Counted from the first letter of the stretch, positions 17,334-26,321 are shown. The stretch is DNA of 64,000 bases from an uncultured Clostridia bacterium (GCA_900019385.1 FIZJ01000011.1:4006-68005); one strand, 5' to 3'. Numbers and translations: made by a program. The notes: generated by a model from the sequence alone, not told the origin.

Positions 17334-19925
17334 ATGAATTCTAGAAGAGTATCACTAGTCCTAGTCGCAGTACTCGTCATGGCCATGTCCACATCAGTAC
17401 TGGCATCCAGCAACCCATTCTCAGATGTACCAGCGCATCACTGGGCGTACGACTCTGTAATGAAGCTTGCAGCGGTCGGCCTGGTCGAAGGGTATCCGGA
17501 TGGTACATTTGGCGGGACCAGGACAATGACCAGATATGAAGCAGCCATGGTGTTTGCCCGTGCCCTGGCCAGACTGGAAGCTCTTGTCGAAAGCCAGGTT
17601 CTTGAGAATACTGCCGGCGTGCAAGAGCGGATCACCGCCGATATTCTGGCTGAGCTGGACGCGACCGTTGACGAACTGGCCAAATTGATCGAAGACAAGC
17701 TGGGAATTGTGGTCGAAGAAACAGTCAAAGAAGAAGTGGCCATCCAACTGAAGGCAGCCGGCCCTGATCTTTTGCTTACCGCGGAAGCCCAGGCAGTACT
17801 TGCCCAGTTGGTCGGCGATTTGGTGAAGGAACAACTGGCCGAAGCGAAAGAACTGGCCACTGAAACCATCGTCGAGACCGGTGTGATTGAGAGAGTCGTA
17901 GTGGAAGACGTGGATGAGGAAGTAGTCAGAGCCATCGCTGAAGAAGTGCTCGCCAACAGCCTGTGGGCAATCAGTGAGCAAGTCGAGGCTAATGCCGACT
18001 TTATCGACATGACTATCGCCAAGATCAACGACCGGTTGGGCCGCCTGACCACAAAAGTAGACCAGATTGGCGCTACATATGTCAGTCAGGAACAGCTCGC
18101 CGATGAACTGGAAGCACTCGGCGACAAGATGTTGGATATCGAAGAAGAAATTGCCGCCAACGCTGATTATGTCGACATGGTCTTCTCCAAGACCAACGAT
18201 CGGCTTGGCCGTGTTACCAGGAATGTGGACCTGCTGGCTAGCGACGTTAATACAATCAACGGCTTGATCGCGGCGCTCCAAGGCGATGTCGAGGCGCTGC
18301 AGGCGTCATTGATTATCGAAACAGCAGATCTGTCCGACACTTTCAACAAGATCCGCAACGAGTTCTCTGCAGAACTCTCGCTGTTGGGTGTGCGCGTAGG
18401 CAAACTGGAGAGGCTCTATCAGGATCTCGACAGCCGCGTGGCAGCTGTTGAAGGCACAGTCGCAGAGCTGGATGCGAAAGTCGAAGGCGCCGCGGCTGAA
18501 ATCGCCGAGCTTGGTGCCAAAGTTGACGAAGCAACCAAGGTTCAGCTGAGCGGTTCCGTCAAGGTTGGCCTCGGCAAGACCAGAGTATGGACAATGCAGG
18601 GTGAAGATCAAGTCGACGTCACTCAGGTCACCGGCCTCCTTGGCACATATAAACCTGCAAATCTGGACACTGACACTTCATGGGAAAGCAGAATCGTTGC
18701 CAGAATCACTGAGGGCACCAAAGCCAGCTTGATTCTTGGCGGTAAAACCAATCTGCCTGATTCGCCTCAGGTATTTGACAAGTATGTGCTGGAAGTTGTC
18801 AGCGATACTCCGATCAACCTGCTTGCCGTGGGTACTGTGGGCAGCTATGTCGGGTCCAGGTTTGACGGCAATGCCCTGGCTATCAAGCCCGGCAAGGGTG
18901 CTGTCGCCGATGTGGGACTGGGCGGCTTGACGCTCTCCGCGCTGGCCGGTGTGAGAAACACAGACGGCATGATCGCTTTAGGCGCGAAGTACGTGGTGAG
19001 CCCAGCGTTCGGGTTTAAGCTGACAGGCGCCGCATATACCGACGCAGGCCTCAAGTACAATGATGAAAGTTCAGCAGCGGCCAGCATCTTTGGTAAAGTG
19101 CTCGGCATCAACTATGACTTCAAGGTAGCTTTGGAACGGGTCAAGGATGCGCTGGCAGACGAAGACGAAGAAGAGGAAAGCCTGCTTGACAACATGCTCT
19201 TTGATCTGAAGCTGGGTACAGAAATCGGCGCTCTGAGCGTTGACGCCCGCTACACCAAAGCCGGAGCCACCTTTGGCACCAGCAGCCTGACCACCAGAGG
19301 CTTCATTCACAGCGACGCCGCCACCAGACTGGGTGTCGACGCCGCGGCCAAGGTGTTTGGTGTCGATCTGAAAGCTGGCACTTACAATGAGAGCGATGAC
19401 GAAGGCGAGCAGCTGATCAACTCCGTGATGTTCAACGCAGGGTCTGAGTTCAAACTCTTCCTCCCGATCAAACTGTCCGGCGCTTATGGCTGGAAGTTGG
19501 GCGCGGGTGAAGAGAATGACATCCATACCCAAGTCAAGGTTGGCACTGGGTTCAAGCTGTTCGGCATCGATGTCGACGGAAGCTTCGCCTATGTCAAGAA
19601 CTGGATTAACGGTGATTGGCGCGATCCGAGCAAGTGGACAGGAAAGGACATCAACTTCGTGAATGTCGGCCTTGGCTATAACAAGGACGACCTGGGCGGA
19701 GCCAAGCTCGATCTGGGCTATGACTTCGAACTGGCCATTCCGACTGGAGATACCGCCGATCTGTACGGCAGCCAGATGACTCACCTTGTGAGCGCTGGTT
19801 ACACCTTCGGGCCTGGCTTGAAGTTGAATATGTCAGCCAAGAGAATTGCCATAGCCGACCTTGATGAGAACAATCCGAACACAAACGTAGACGTAGTCCA
19901 GGCTGGCTTGGAATTCTCCTTCTAG
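17334..19925 (+). CDS. OmpM-like outer-membrane tether: SLH domain + extended coiled coil + C-terminal porin-like beta-barrel
   Basis: Signal peptide. The SLH motif is FSDVPAHHWAYDSVMKLAAVGLVEGYPDGTFGG.RTMTRYEAA. A helical heptad region of ~320 aa includes the SLH-porin linker motif IRNEFSAELSLLGVRVGKLE. The Gly/Tyr-rich barrel ends in AGLEFSF. SD GGGAGG lies upstream of ATG 17334. Confidence 0.8.
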   Translation: MNSRRVSLVLVAVLVMAMSTSVLASSNPFSDVPAHHWAYDSVMKLAAVGLVEGYPDGTFGGTRTMTRYEAAMVFARALARLEALVESQVLENTAGVQERITADILAELDATVDELAKLIEDKLGIVVEETVKEEVAIQLKAAGPDLLLTAEAQAVLAQLVGDLVKEQLAEAKELATETIVETGVIERVVVEDVDEEVVRAIAEEVLANSLWAISEQVEANADFIDMTIAKINDRLGRLTTKVDQIGATYVSQEQLADELEALGDKMLDIEEEIAANADYVDMVFSKTNDRLGRVTRNVDLLASDVNTINGLIAALQGDVEALQASLIIETADLSDTFNKIRNEFSAELSLLGVRVGKLERLYQDLDSRVAAVEGTVAELDAKVEGAAAEIAELGAKVDEATKVQLSGSVKVGLGKTRVWTMQGEDQVDVTQVTGLLGTYKPANLDTDTSWESRIVARITEGTKASLILGGKTNLPDSPQVFDKYVLEVVSDTPINLLAVGTVGSYVGSRFDGNALAIKPGKGAVADVGLGGLTLSALAGVRNTDGMIALGAKYVVSPAFGFKLTGAAYTDAGLKYNDESSAAASIFGKVLGINYDFKVALERVKDALADEDEEEESLLDNMLFDLKLGTEIGALSVDARYTKAGATFGTSSLTTRGFIHSDAATRLGVDAAAKVFGVDLKAGTYNESDDEGEQLINSVMFNAGSEFKLFLPIKLSGAYGWKLGAGEENDIHTQVKVGTGFKLFGIDVDGSFAYVKNWINGDWRDPSKWTGKDINFVNVGLGYNKDDLGGAKLDLGYDFELAIPTGDTADLYGSQMTHLVSAGYTFGPGLKLNMSAKRIAIADLDENNPNTNVDVVQAGLEFSF
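17976..18239 (+). repeat. Internal coding duplication in the OmpM-like coiled coil
   Basis: EQVEANADFIDMTIAKINDRLGRLTTKVDQIG (17976-18071) against EEIAANADYVDMVFSKTNDRLGRVTRNVDLLA (18144-18239). Confidence 0.7.
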
Positions 19926-19945
19926 CCCTGACCAAATCGAAAAAA

Positions 19946-19975
19946 ATACCCACACTTCATGTGTGGGTATTTTTT
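19946..19975 (+). terminator. Strong rho-independent terminator after the OmpM-like gene
   Basis: Perfect 10-bp stem ATACCCACAC / GTGTGGGTAT with a TTCAT loop, flanked by an A-run and TTTTT. Confidence 0.85.
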
Positions 19976-20026
19976 ACGATCAAAAAAGCAAGCCGGTGAT
20001 ACGAATAGATAGAATAGGGATGAAAC

Positions 20027-20440
20027 ATGAATAGAAAAACAACAGGACAGTCGATCCTCGCGATCGACCCTGGAAGTGAAAAGTGCGGATTGGCCGTACT
20101 GGATGGAGATCAGATCCTTCTTCAGGAGATCGTGCCCCGTAGTGAGATTGTCAATCGGCTGCGCAACGTTCTTCCCGAAGCGGGGCCGATTGTGGTGGGT
20201 GATGGGACAGGAAGCAGAGCCTTTATCAAAGAACTAGCCGAATCCATGCCTGAAGTCAGGCACCGTGTGGTAACCGTGGACGAAAAACTGTCGAGTGTGG
20301 AAGCACGGGCCCTATACTGGCAGCACAATCCACCTCAGGGTTGGCGGCGGCTGCTGCCTGTGTCGCTGCAGACGCCGCCTGTACCCTTTGATGATTATGT
20401 CGCCGTCATTTTGGCGAAGCGGTATCAGGCTGGCAATTAA
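20027..20440 (+). CDS. RNase H-fold (YqgF/RuvC-like) nuclease domain protein
   Basis: ILAIDPGSEKCGLAVLD resembles the first acidic motif of RuvC/YqgF-type resolvase folds. The C-terminal DDYVAVILA resembles the last acidic motif. The assignment is weak. Confidence 0.4.
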   Translation: MNRKTTGQSILAIDPGSEKCGLAVLDGDQILLQEIVPRSEIVNRLRNVLPEAGPIVVGDGTGSRAFIKELAESMPEVRHRVVTVDEKLSSVEARALYWQHNPPQGWRRLLPVSLQTPPVPFDDYVAVILAKRYQAGN

Positions 20441-20571
20441 AGTCATTCTGAGAAAGATCTTCAATAAGGAAGGTTTTAGAACACTTGTGGCGAAATTTAG
20501 ATGTACCAAACAGAAAATGGACAGTCAGGCAAGCGGGACAAATATAGCGAGAAGATCGGAGGTGGGTTGTT

Positions 20572-21801
20572 GTGAACAGGCGCATGATTGTCTTTTTTTT
20601 CCCTTTGATCATTTTGCTGTTGGCAACAACCTGCGCTGCTCAAAAGGAAGAGACAGATCAGTGGATCTATGACGCTGTCGCTTACTTGAGCCAGTTGGAC
20701 TTCGGCGAGTTATACGCTGACGTCAATCCAGAGAACCGCTTTCAAGTGTCCCTGGCCATTGCCAATACCATTCAGAGGTTAGAGCAGAACAGCGGGCTGC
20801 CGGTTCAGCGATTCGGCGTAAGCCGTAGGATCAACCTCAAGGAACTGTTTGACAGCTACAACCAGCGTACGTTGGAGCACAGCCGGCTGCCGGAGCAGGC
20901 AATGACGTCTTTGGCTTTGCTGGCCGACGAATACCGCGATGAACTGAACATATTGGGATACTGGATCGAGGATCTTCCGAGCCTCGCAACCAACCAGACT
21001 GATTCAGCAAAAGCCTCGGCGATCCTGGAGAGCAATCTGTACGGGGCAGGCACATTTGCCCATTTGCTGAACGGAAGTCAAACCAGCGTTTTTAAGAGCG
21101 GATCAATGCAGGATCTGGACAAGAGCAGTGTATTGAGCAAGTATTTCGGGGAGGATGAGGACGAAGAGGAAAGGATCCTAATCAACAGCCTCATTCCGCT
21201 TTGGTCATCCGATTGGTTCATTGGGGCTGGGTTATCTTTGCCGGCACTGCCCAAAGGCGAGCAGGCAGCGGAAGAGCCTGGGTATGCCGGTATCATAGGT
21301 GAATACCTGATCAATCCAGGACTCGTCTTGGAAGGCCAATACCTGCATAACCTCTCACAGCCTTTGGACCCCGGCGTGCTGCAGTTCGGCGCCAGAGGGC
21401 GTTTGGGCAATGTAACGCTGCGGGGCTTGGTCCAGACAGGGGAAGATGAGAGCGAAGGAGCTAAGGCCAGCCTGGATATCACTTACACAACAGCGAATTC
21501 CATTTTAATTAGGGCAGGTTTTTACACGAACCTCAAACCCGTGTCTCAGCTGGGCTTTTCCGCCAGTACCGGCATTGATGTGGACATTCCCATCCCGCAT
21601 GGGCGGATTGCGCTGGGATTGGTCCAGCGATGGAACAATGACAGCTTGGATGAGGAAAACAGTGATGCAGCGGACAGGACCAGAGCCTCCATTGAGTTTA
21701 GCTACGACCTTACAAAAGATGTCTCGTTCAAACTGGATTACCGCCTCATTGACTTCAGTGATGTGAACAAGGCTTTGGCAGAGTTTTCCATTAGATTTTA
21801 A
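20572..21801 (+). CDS. Second OmpM-like beta-barrel protein with degenerate SLH-like N-terminus
   Basis: Signal peptide. QWIYDAVAYLSQLDFGELYADVNPENRFQVSLAIA looks like a decayed SLH motif. LADEYRDELNILGYWIEDL matches the linker motif of the 17334 gene (EF.AEL.LLGVRV..LE). The C-terminus is AEFSIRF. Confidence 0.5.
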   Translation: MNRRMIVFFFPLIILLLATTCAAQKEETDQWIYDAVAYLSQLDFGELYADVNPENRFQVSLAIANTIQRLEQNSGLPVQRFGVSRRINLKELFDSYNQRTLEHSRLPEQAMTSLALLADEYRDELNILGYWIEDLPSLATNQTDSAKASAILESNLYGAGTFAHLLNGSQTSVFKSGSMQDLDKSSVLSKYFGEDEDEEERILINSLIPLWSSDWFIGAGLSLPALPKGEQAAEEPGYAGIIGEYLINPGLVLEGQYLHNLSQPLDPGVLQFGARGRLGNVTLRGLVQTGEDESEGAKASLDITYTTANSILIRAGFYTNLKPVSQLGFSASTGIDVDIPIPHGRIALGLVQRWNNDSLDEENSDAADRTRASIEFSYDLTKDVSFKLDYRLIDFSDVNKALAEFSIRF

Positions 21802-21815
21802 CGAGGAGGAACAAT

Positions 21816-22739
21816 ATGAAACTGAGAGCTGCTGTTAGCTGCGCTTTAGCATTAATACTGCTGACAAGCCCTGTCACCGTTATCGCCCAGTCCACCACGT
21901 CACCTTTGGCAGTTTTGACCGAGTTGGAGCGGGCGCTTTTTGGCGAGGAACAGCCGGGGGCTCTGTTGGCACGGGTACAGGCGATTGAGATAGAGATCTT
22001 TGGGGCTGTCCAAACCGGCCCGGTAATGACCAGAATTGATAGGATCAACGAGTTTCTCTCAGGCAGCAGTTCAGGCCTTAAGCTACTGCTGAACCTGGTT
22101 GAGTGGGGATTCATGGAAAAACTGACCGGCAATGAGCCATTGGTAGCGAGATTGGAACGTATTGAGCTTGAGTTTATCGGCGAGCCGCAGCCAGGGCCTA
22201 TCACCGACCGGGTCAACCAGCTGATGATGTACATTTGGGGCACCACCAAGCTCGATTCAGCTCCGGTTAAAGTACCGGCGGCTACCTTGGTGGAAATCCA
22301 GATTCTGACTGGGGTTGATTCGGCAACAAGCCAAGTTGGTGAGTTAGTGAAATATCAGGTAGTCTCCGACGTGCTGGTGGACGGCCGGATAGTCATTCCC
22401 AGAGGCGCTCAGGGCGTCGGTAAGATTACAGAAGTGGTCAAAGCAGGGCATCTGGGCAAGAGCGGCAGAGTGGAGATCGATTTCGGCACGGTGCCGGCTT
22501 TCGACGGCAAGAACATCCGGCTGCGGGTAGCTGAGAAAGCCTTGGAGCGGAACAGCCGCTTAGACCTGGCGGCCGGTGCCAGTATAGCCGGTGTGCTGCT
22601 CTTGGGAGGGCCGATTGGTTTGGTAGGCGGCTACTTCGTTACTGGACAGGACGTAAAGATTGAGGCTGGATCGAAATTCTTTGTGGAAACCGAATTTGAG
22701 TATCAGACACTTGGGTTCCGCCTGGTTCCGGCGAACTAG
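21816..22739 (+). CDS. Secreted protein with duplicated LE..lfG helix motif and C-terminal glycine-zipper segment
   Basis: Strong SD GAGGAGG and a signal peptide. The repeat is LERALFGEEQPGALLARVQAIEIEIFG against LERIELEFIGEPQPGPITDRVNQLMMYIWG. The beta-rich block IVIPRGAQGVGKITEV..GR.GRVEIDF resembles TrbI/VirB10- or SlyB-type folds. The glycine zipper is AAGASIAGVLLLGGPIGLVGG. Confidence 0.5.
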   Translation: MKLRAAVSCALALILLTSPVTVIAQSTTSPLAVLTELERALFGEEQPGALLARVQAIEIEIFGAVQTGPVMTRIDRINEFLSGSSSGLKLLLNLVEWGFMEKLTGNEPLVARLERIELEFIGEPQPGPITDRVNQLMMYIWGTTKLDSAPVKVPAATLVEIQILTGVDSATSQVGELVKYQVVSDVLVDGRIVIPRGAQGVGKITEVVKAGHLGKSGRVEIDFGTVPAFDGKNIRLRVAEKALERNSRLDLAAGASIAGVLLLGGPIGLVGGYFVTGQDVKIEAGSKFFVETEFEYQTLGFRLVPAN

Positions 22740-22765
22740 TCCTGGGCACAAACCATTGTATAACG

Positions 22766-22795
22766 AAAAACCGCTGGTTTGGCGGTTTTTCTTTT
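22766..22795 (+). terminator. Rho-independent terminator
   Basis: AAAAACCGC..GCGGTTTTT hairpin followed by CTTTT. Confidence 0.6.
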
Positions 22796-22883
22796 AGCTC
22801 GGTGTTTGTGCAGGATAATCAAATTGTGAAGACGAAGAAATAGTTATGATCTTTGCAGAATCTACAGCCGGGGAGGTAGTTCA

Positions 22884-25800
22884 ATGAATGGTACTAGGAT
22901 AATCCTATTCACATTCATAATCTGTGCTGTTCTTGCCCAAACAGTATCAGCCGGCAATTACATACTGGATGTCGGTGATGTTCTGGAAATAACGGTCTGG
23001 GGGCACCCCGAACTGATGACCACTGTCCAAGTGCGCCCTGATGGATATATTACCTTTCCTTTGGTGGGAGATCAGCTGGCAGAAGGCAAGACTGCCAGCC
23101 AACTGGCGGAAGAGATACAGCGGCAGCTGTCTGTTTATGTTGTCGCTCCCAGTGTGACTGTGATCGTTGTCCAGTTCCGTACCATCCGGGTACAGGTCTT
23201 GGGTGAAGTCCGCAACCCCGGCTATTTTAGATTAAGCGCGGAAGACAGACTGCTGGACGCCATCGGCCTTGCCGGCGGGCCCACACCTGAGGCCAACCTG
23301 GCCGAAGTTGCCCTGACAAGGCTTGTCAGCGGAAATACAGAACTGTTAAAGTTGAATGTGGCCCGTTACATAGCGGAAGGCATTATTGAGCACAACCCGC
23401 TGCTGCGCGACGGTGATGTGATTTATCTGCCGCCTTCCGGCACCGCTTTGGTTCTGGGTGCTGTTTCCATGCCGGGCAGCTACAAACTGGTTCCAGACAT
23501 GGATATTCTGGACTTGTTGGCTGCAGGCGGCGGCCCGCTGCCTTCGGCCGACCTGTCCCAGGCAGTGCTGACCCGCAAGATAGGTGAATCATACACCGAC
23601 TTGATGCTCGACATTTATGCATTAATGCAGTCTGGTAAAGGCAAAGTGCGGGTGCACCCCGATGATGTGCTGTTCATCCCGGAGAAACAGACTGCGGTCC
23701 TTTTTGGCGAGGTTGCCGCTCCCGGCAGCTACGCCGTTGAACCTGACATGACATTGGCGGAACTGATCAGTGCCGCCGGTGGTTTGACAAAATCGGGAGA
23801 TCCTACCCAAATCCGGATTGTCCGGGAAACTGACGGTGACCGCCAATCCCTGACGGTGGATCTCAGCGACACGCTTACGGGCAAATCAGGGCTCAATCCA
23901 TTGGTGGTGGGCGGAGATATCATCTTTGTGCCAGAAATCATGAATACAGTGTTGGTCCTTGGTGAAGTGCGGCAGCCAGGCGCTTTCACCCTGAAAGAAC
24001 AGATGGGGATTCTTGATCTGATAGCCTTGGCAGGCAGTACTACGGCCAACGCAGCGTTGGATCGGGTCACTCTGACCCGGCAGATCGGCGACGAGGTGCT
24101 GGTTGAGGAAATCAATCTGGCGCAACTGCAGGGGACGGGGACCGGAAGGCATATTGAGCTGCTGCCGGGCGATGTGATCTTTGTCCCCGAAGGTGCGCCG
24201 CAGGCTTTGGTTTTGGGCAGAGTGGCCAAGCCGGGGAGCTACCGGGTGAGTGAAAGTATGCAGCTCTTAGAACTTCTGGCTGCGGCCGGAGGGCCGCTGG
24301 AAAGCGCCGGGGACGAAGTGTTGCTCACCCGCGGAGGTCAAACAATGGAAATCAATCTTGGCGCGTTAACCAGGCTGGGCATCGGTAATCAAAAAATTCT
24401 ACCTGGCGATGTGATCTATGTCATAGAAGGCAGGCATCAGGTGCTGGTTCTGGGAGAAGTCCGCAATCCAGGTTACCATAGATTGGAGTTCGGCGATCGG
24501 GTGCTTGACGGAATAGCCAAGGCCGGAGGGCTTTTGGAGACTGCGGCGGCGGACCTGGTGAGTGTCACCAGGCAAACCGAAGACACTGCTGAGGTGTTTT
24601 CCGTCAATTTGGAGCTTCTGGAGCAGAACCGGTTCCTCGACAGCAACTTCCTGCTGGAGGGCGGCGACGTGATTGTTGTTCCTGAGGCCAAACGGGATGT
24701 CTTGGTCCTTGGTGAAGTGGCTCGGCCCGGTGCCTACACGCTCCGTAAAGAACAGCGCCTGTTGGATGTCATTGCTCAATCAGGCGGCCTGACCAACACC
24801 GCCGCAGCCAACGCGGTGCAGATAACCAGGGTTGAGGCTGACGGCAGGCAGCATACAGCAGCCTACGACCTTGATGCCGTAATCAAAGGCGCCGGTGCAG
24901 ACAATCCCTTGATCAAACCTGGAGACATCGTTTATGTACCTGAACGGAAAACGTCAGTGCTTGTCTTCGGGGAGGTCGCCGCGCCCGGGTACTACACAGT
25001 CACGGATACGACAACGCTGCTTGATGTGATCGGCCGGGCCTCAGGCTTGACGGACCATGCTGACGCCAAGTCTGTCAGCTTCACACGTGTAGTGGACGGG
25101 CAGACTGTGATCGAGACGATTGACCTGGAACGGATAATGGCCACCGGCGAAGGCAACGTCCGCCTGTACGGCGGGGAAATGATTCTGGTTCCCGAACTGG
25201 ACTTGGAGATCTCCATCATCGGCGAGGTGAGATCTCCCGGCCGTTACCGGATTCGCCCCGGCGAGCGGCTGCTTGAAGCCTTGGCGAAAGCGGGAGGCTT
25301 GACGGACGATGCCGATCCTTGGCTGACGCTGACCCGTTGGACTGATGACGAACAAATGGTGCTGACCATAAATTACCGGGATCTGGTTCAATCCAATACG
25401 CCGGAGCTGAATCTGACGGTAGCCGGCGGGGATATCATCCATGTTCCCACTATGAACCGGCGGATTCTGGTGTTCGGCGAAGTGGCCCGGCCCGGCGCAT
25501 ACTTGGTGGACGAGTTCACAACGCTTTTGGATGTGATCGCTCTTGCCGGCGGCCCTACAGCCAGTGCCAAGCTGGATGAAGTGATGGTGGCGGCAGGAAC
25601 ATCTGCCGATTCAATCAAATACGTGGATCTTAACGCGGTGATCGACAAGGAGCAGCCAAATCCTGTGCTGCTGGGTGGGGAAGTGATCCATATTCCTGAG
25701 TCACGGCAGATCCTCGTCATGGGTGAGGTAGCCCGCCCAGGCGCGTTCAACCTTCCTGCCGGCGGCCGGATCCTCGATCTGCTGGCTCTGGCCGGCGGTT

Positions 25801-26321
25801 TGAGGAGCAGTTACGCCGATCAAGAGATTATTGTCACCCGGCAGGGACTGGACGGCGATCAGGTATGGATTACAGATTACCGTTCATTGATCAATAACCC
25901 TAATGAGCATAATCTGCTTCTGGCAGGCGGGGACGTTGTCTTTGTGCCGGAATACAGCCGCCAGATTGTGGTCTTGGGTGAGGTCAATAGGCCTGGTGCG
26001 TACCAAATCCATCAAGGAGCCCGGCTGCTTGACGCCATCGCCATGGCGGGCGGGCCGACAGACAGAGCTGAGCTTGGAGCGGTTGGGATCTACCGCGGCG
26101 GCGATATGCGGGATCCTGCAGAGTTTGCCGTGGGGCGGGATCGGATCCTCTTCCAGGGTGACGCGGAAGAGAACCCAGAGATTCGCGGTGGAGATGTGAT
26201 CTACGTTCCCGAGACCAGCAAACCGGATTGGAACAAAATCTTCGGTGTCCTAAGCGGTGTGAACACCTTCAGGCAGATACTTGACTGGGTCATCGACTTA
26301 TTCCCCGGAGGTGAGCGGTAG
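22884..26321 (+). CDS. Wza-like outer-membrane polysaccharide export (OPX) protein with 12 SLBB repeats
   Basis: Signal peptide. The Poly_export motif is Y.LDVGDVLEITVWGHPEL...VRPDGYITFPLVGD..AEGKT..QL. It is followed by 12 units, each carrying [VIL]LG.V..PG.[YF] ... GGDVI.VPE. Confidence 0.85.
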   Translation: MNGTRIILFTFIICAVLAQTVSAGNYILDVGDVLEITVWGHPELMTTVQVRPDGYITFPLVGDQLAEGKTASQLAEEIQRQLSVYVVAPSVTVIVVQFRTIRVQVLGEVRNPGYFRLSAEDRLLDAIGLAGGPTPEANLAEVALTRLVSGNTELLKLNVARYIAEGIIEHNPLLRDGDVIYLPPSGTALVLGAVSMPGSYKLVPDMDILDLLAAGGGPLPSADLSQAVLTRKIGESYTDLMLDIYALMQSGKGKVRVHPDDVLFIPEKQTAVLFGEVAAPGSYAVEPDMTLAELISAAGGLTKSGDPTQIRIVRETDGDRQSLTVDLSDTLTGKSGLNPLVVGGDIIFVPEIMNTVLVLGEVRQPGAFTLKEQMGILDLIALAGSTTANAALDRVTLTRQIGDEVLVEEINLAQLQGTGTGRHIELLPGDVIFVPEGAPQALVLGRVAKPGSYRVSESMQLLELLAAAGGPLESAGDEVLLTRGGQTMEINLGALTRLGIGNQKILPGDVIYVIEGRHQVLVLGEVRNPGYHRLEFGDRVLDGIAKAGGLLETAAADLVSVTRQTEDTAEVFSVNLELLEQNRFLDSNFLLEGGDVIVVPEAKRDVLVLGEVARPGAYTLRKEQRLLDVIAQSGGLTNTAAANAVQITRVEADGRQHTAAYDLDAVIKGAGADNPLIKPGDIVYVPERKTSVLVFGEVAAPGYYTVTDTTTLLDVIGRASGLTDHADAKSVSFTRVVDGQTVIETIDLERIMATGEGNVRLYGGEMILVPELDLEISIIGEVRSPGRYRIRPGERLLEALAKAGGLTDDADPWLTLTRWTDDEQMVLTINYRDLVQSNTPELNLTVAGGDIIHVPTMNRRILVFGEVARPGAYLVDEFTTLLDVIALAGGPTASAKLDEVMVAAGTSADSIKYVDLNAVIDKEQPNPVLLGGEVIHIPESRQILVMGEVARPGAFNLPAGGRILDLLALAGGLRSSYADQEIIVTRQGLDGDQVWITDYRSLINNPNEHNLLLAGGDVVFVPEYSRQIVVLGEVNRPGAYQIHQGARLLDAIAMAGGPTDRAELGAVGIYRGGDMRDPAEFAVGRDRILFQGDAEENPEIRGGDVIYVPETSKPDWNKIFGVLSGVNTFRQILDWVIDLFPGGER
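23181..26214 (+). repeat. Tandem array of 12 SLBB-like coding repeats (~85-90 codons each)
   Basis: The twelve core motifs are VLGEVRNPGYF, VLGAVSMPGSY, LFGEVAAPGSY, VLGEVRQPGAF, VLGRVAKPGSY, VLGEVRNPGYH, VLGEVARPGAY, VFGEVAAPGYY, IIGEVRSPGRY, VFGEVARPGAY, VMGEVARPGAF and VLGEVNRPGAY. Confidence 0.8.

Noticed and set aside
23181-26214. Periodic ~260-bp repeats, considered as a possible CRISPR, IS or satellite array.
   Set aside because: The periodicity is in frame within one long ORF and corresponds to SLBB protein domains. The units have diverged at the DNA level and have no spacer/repeat structure.
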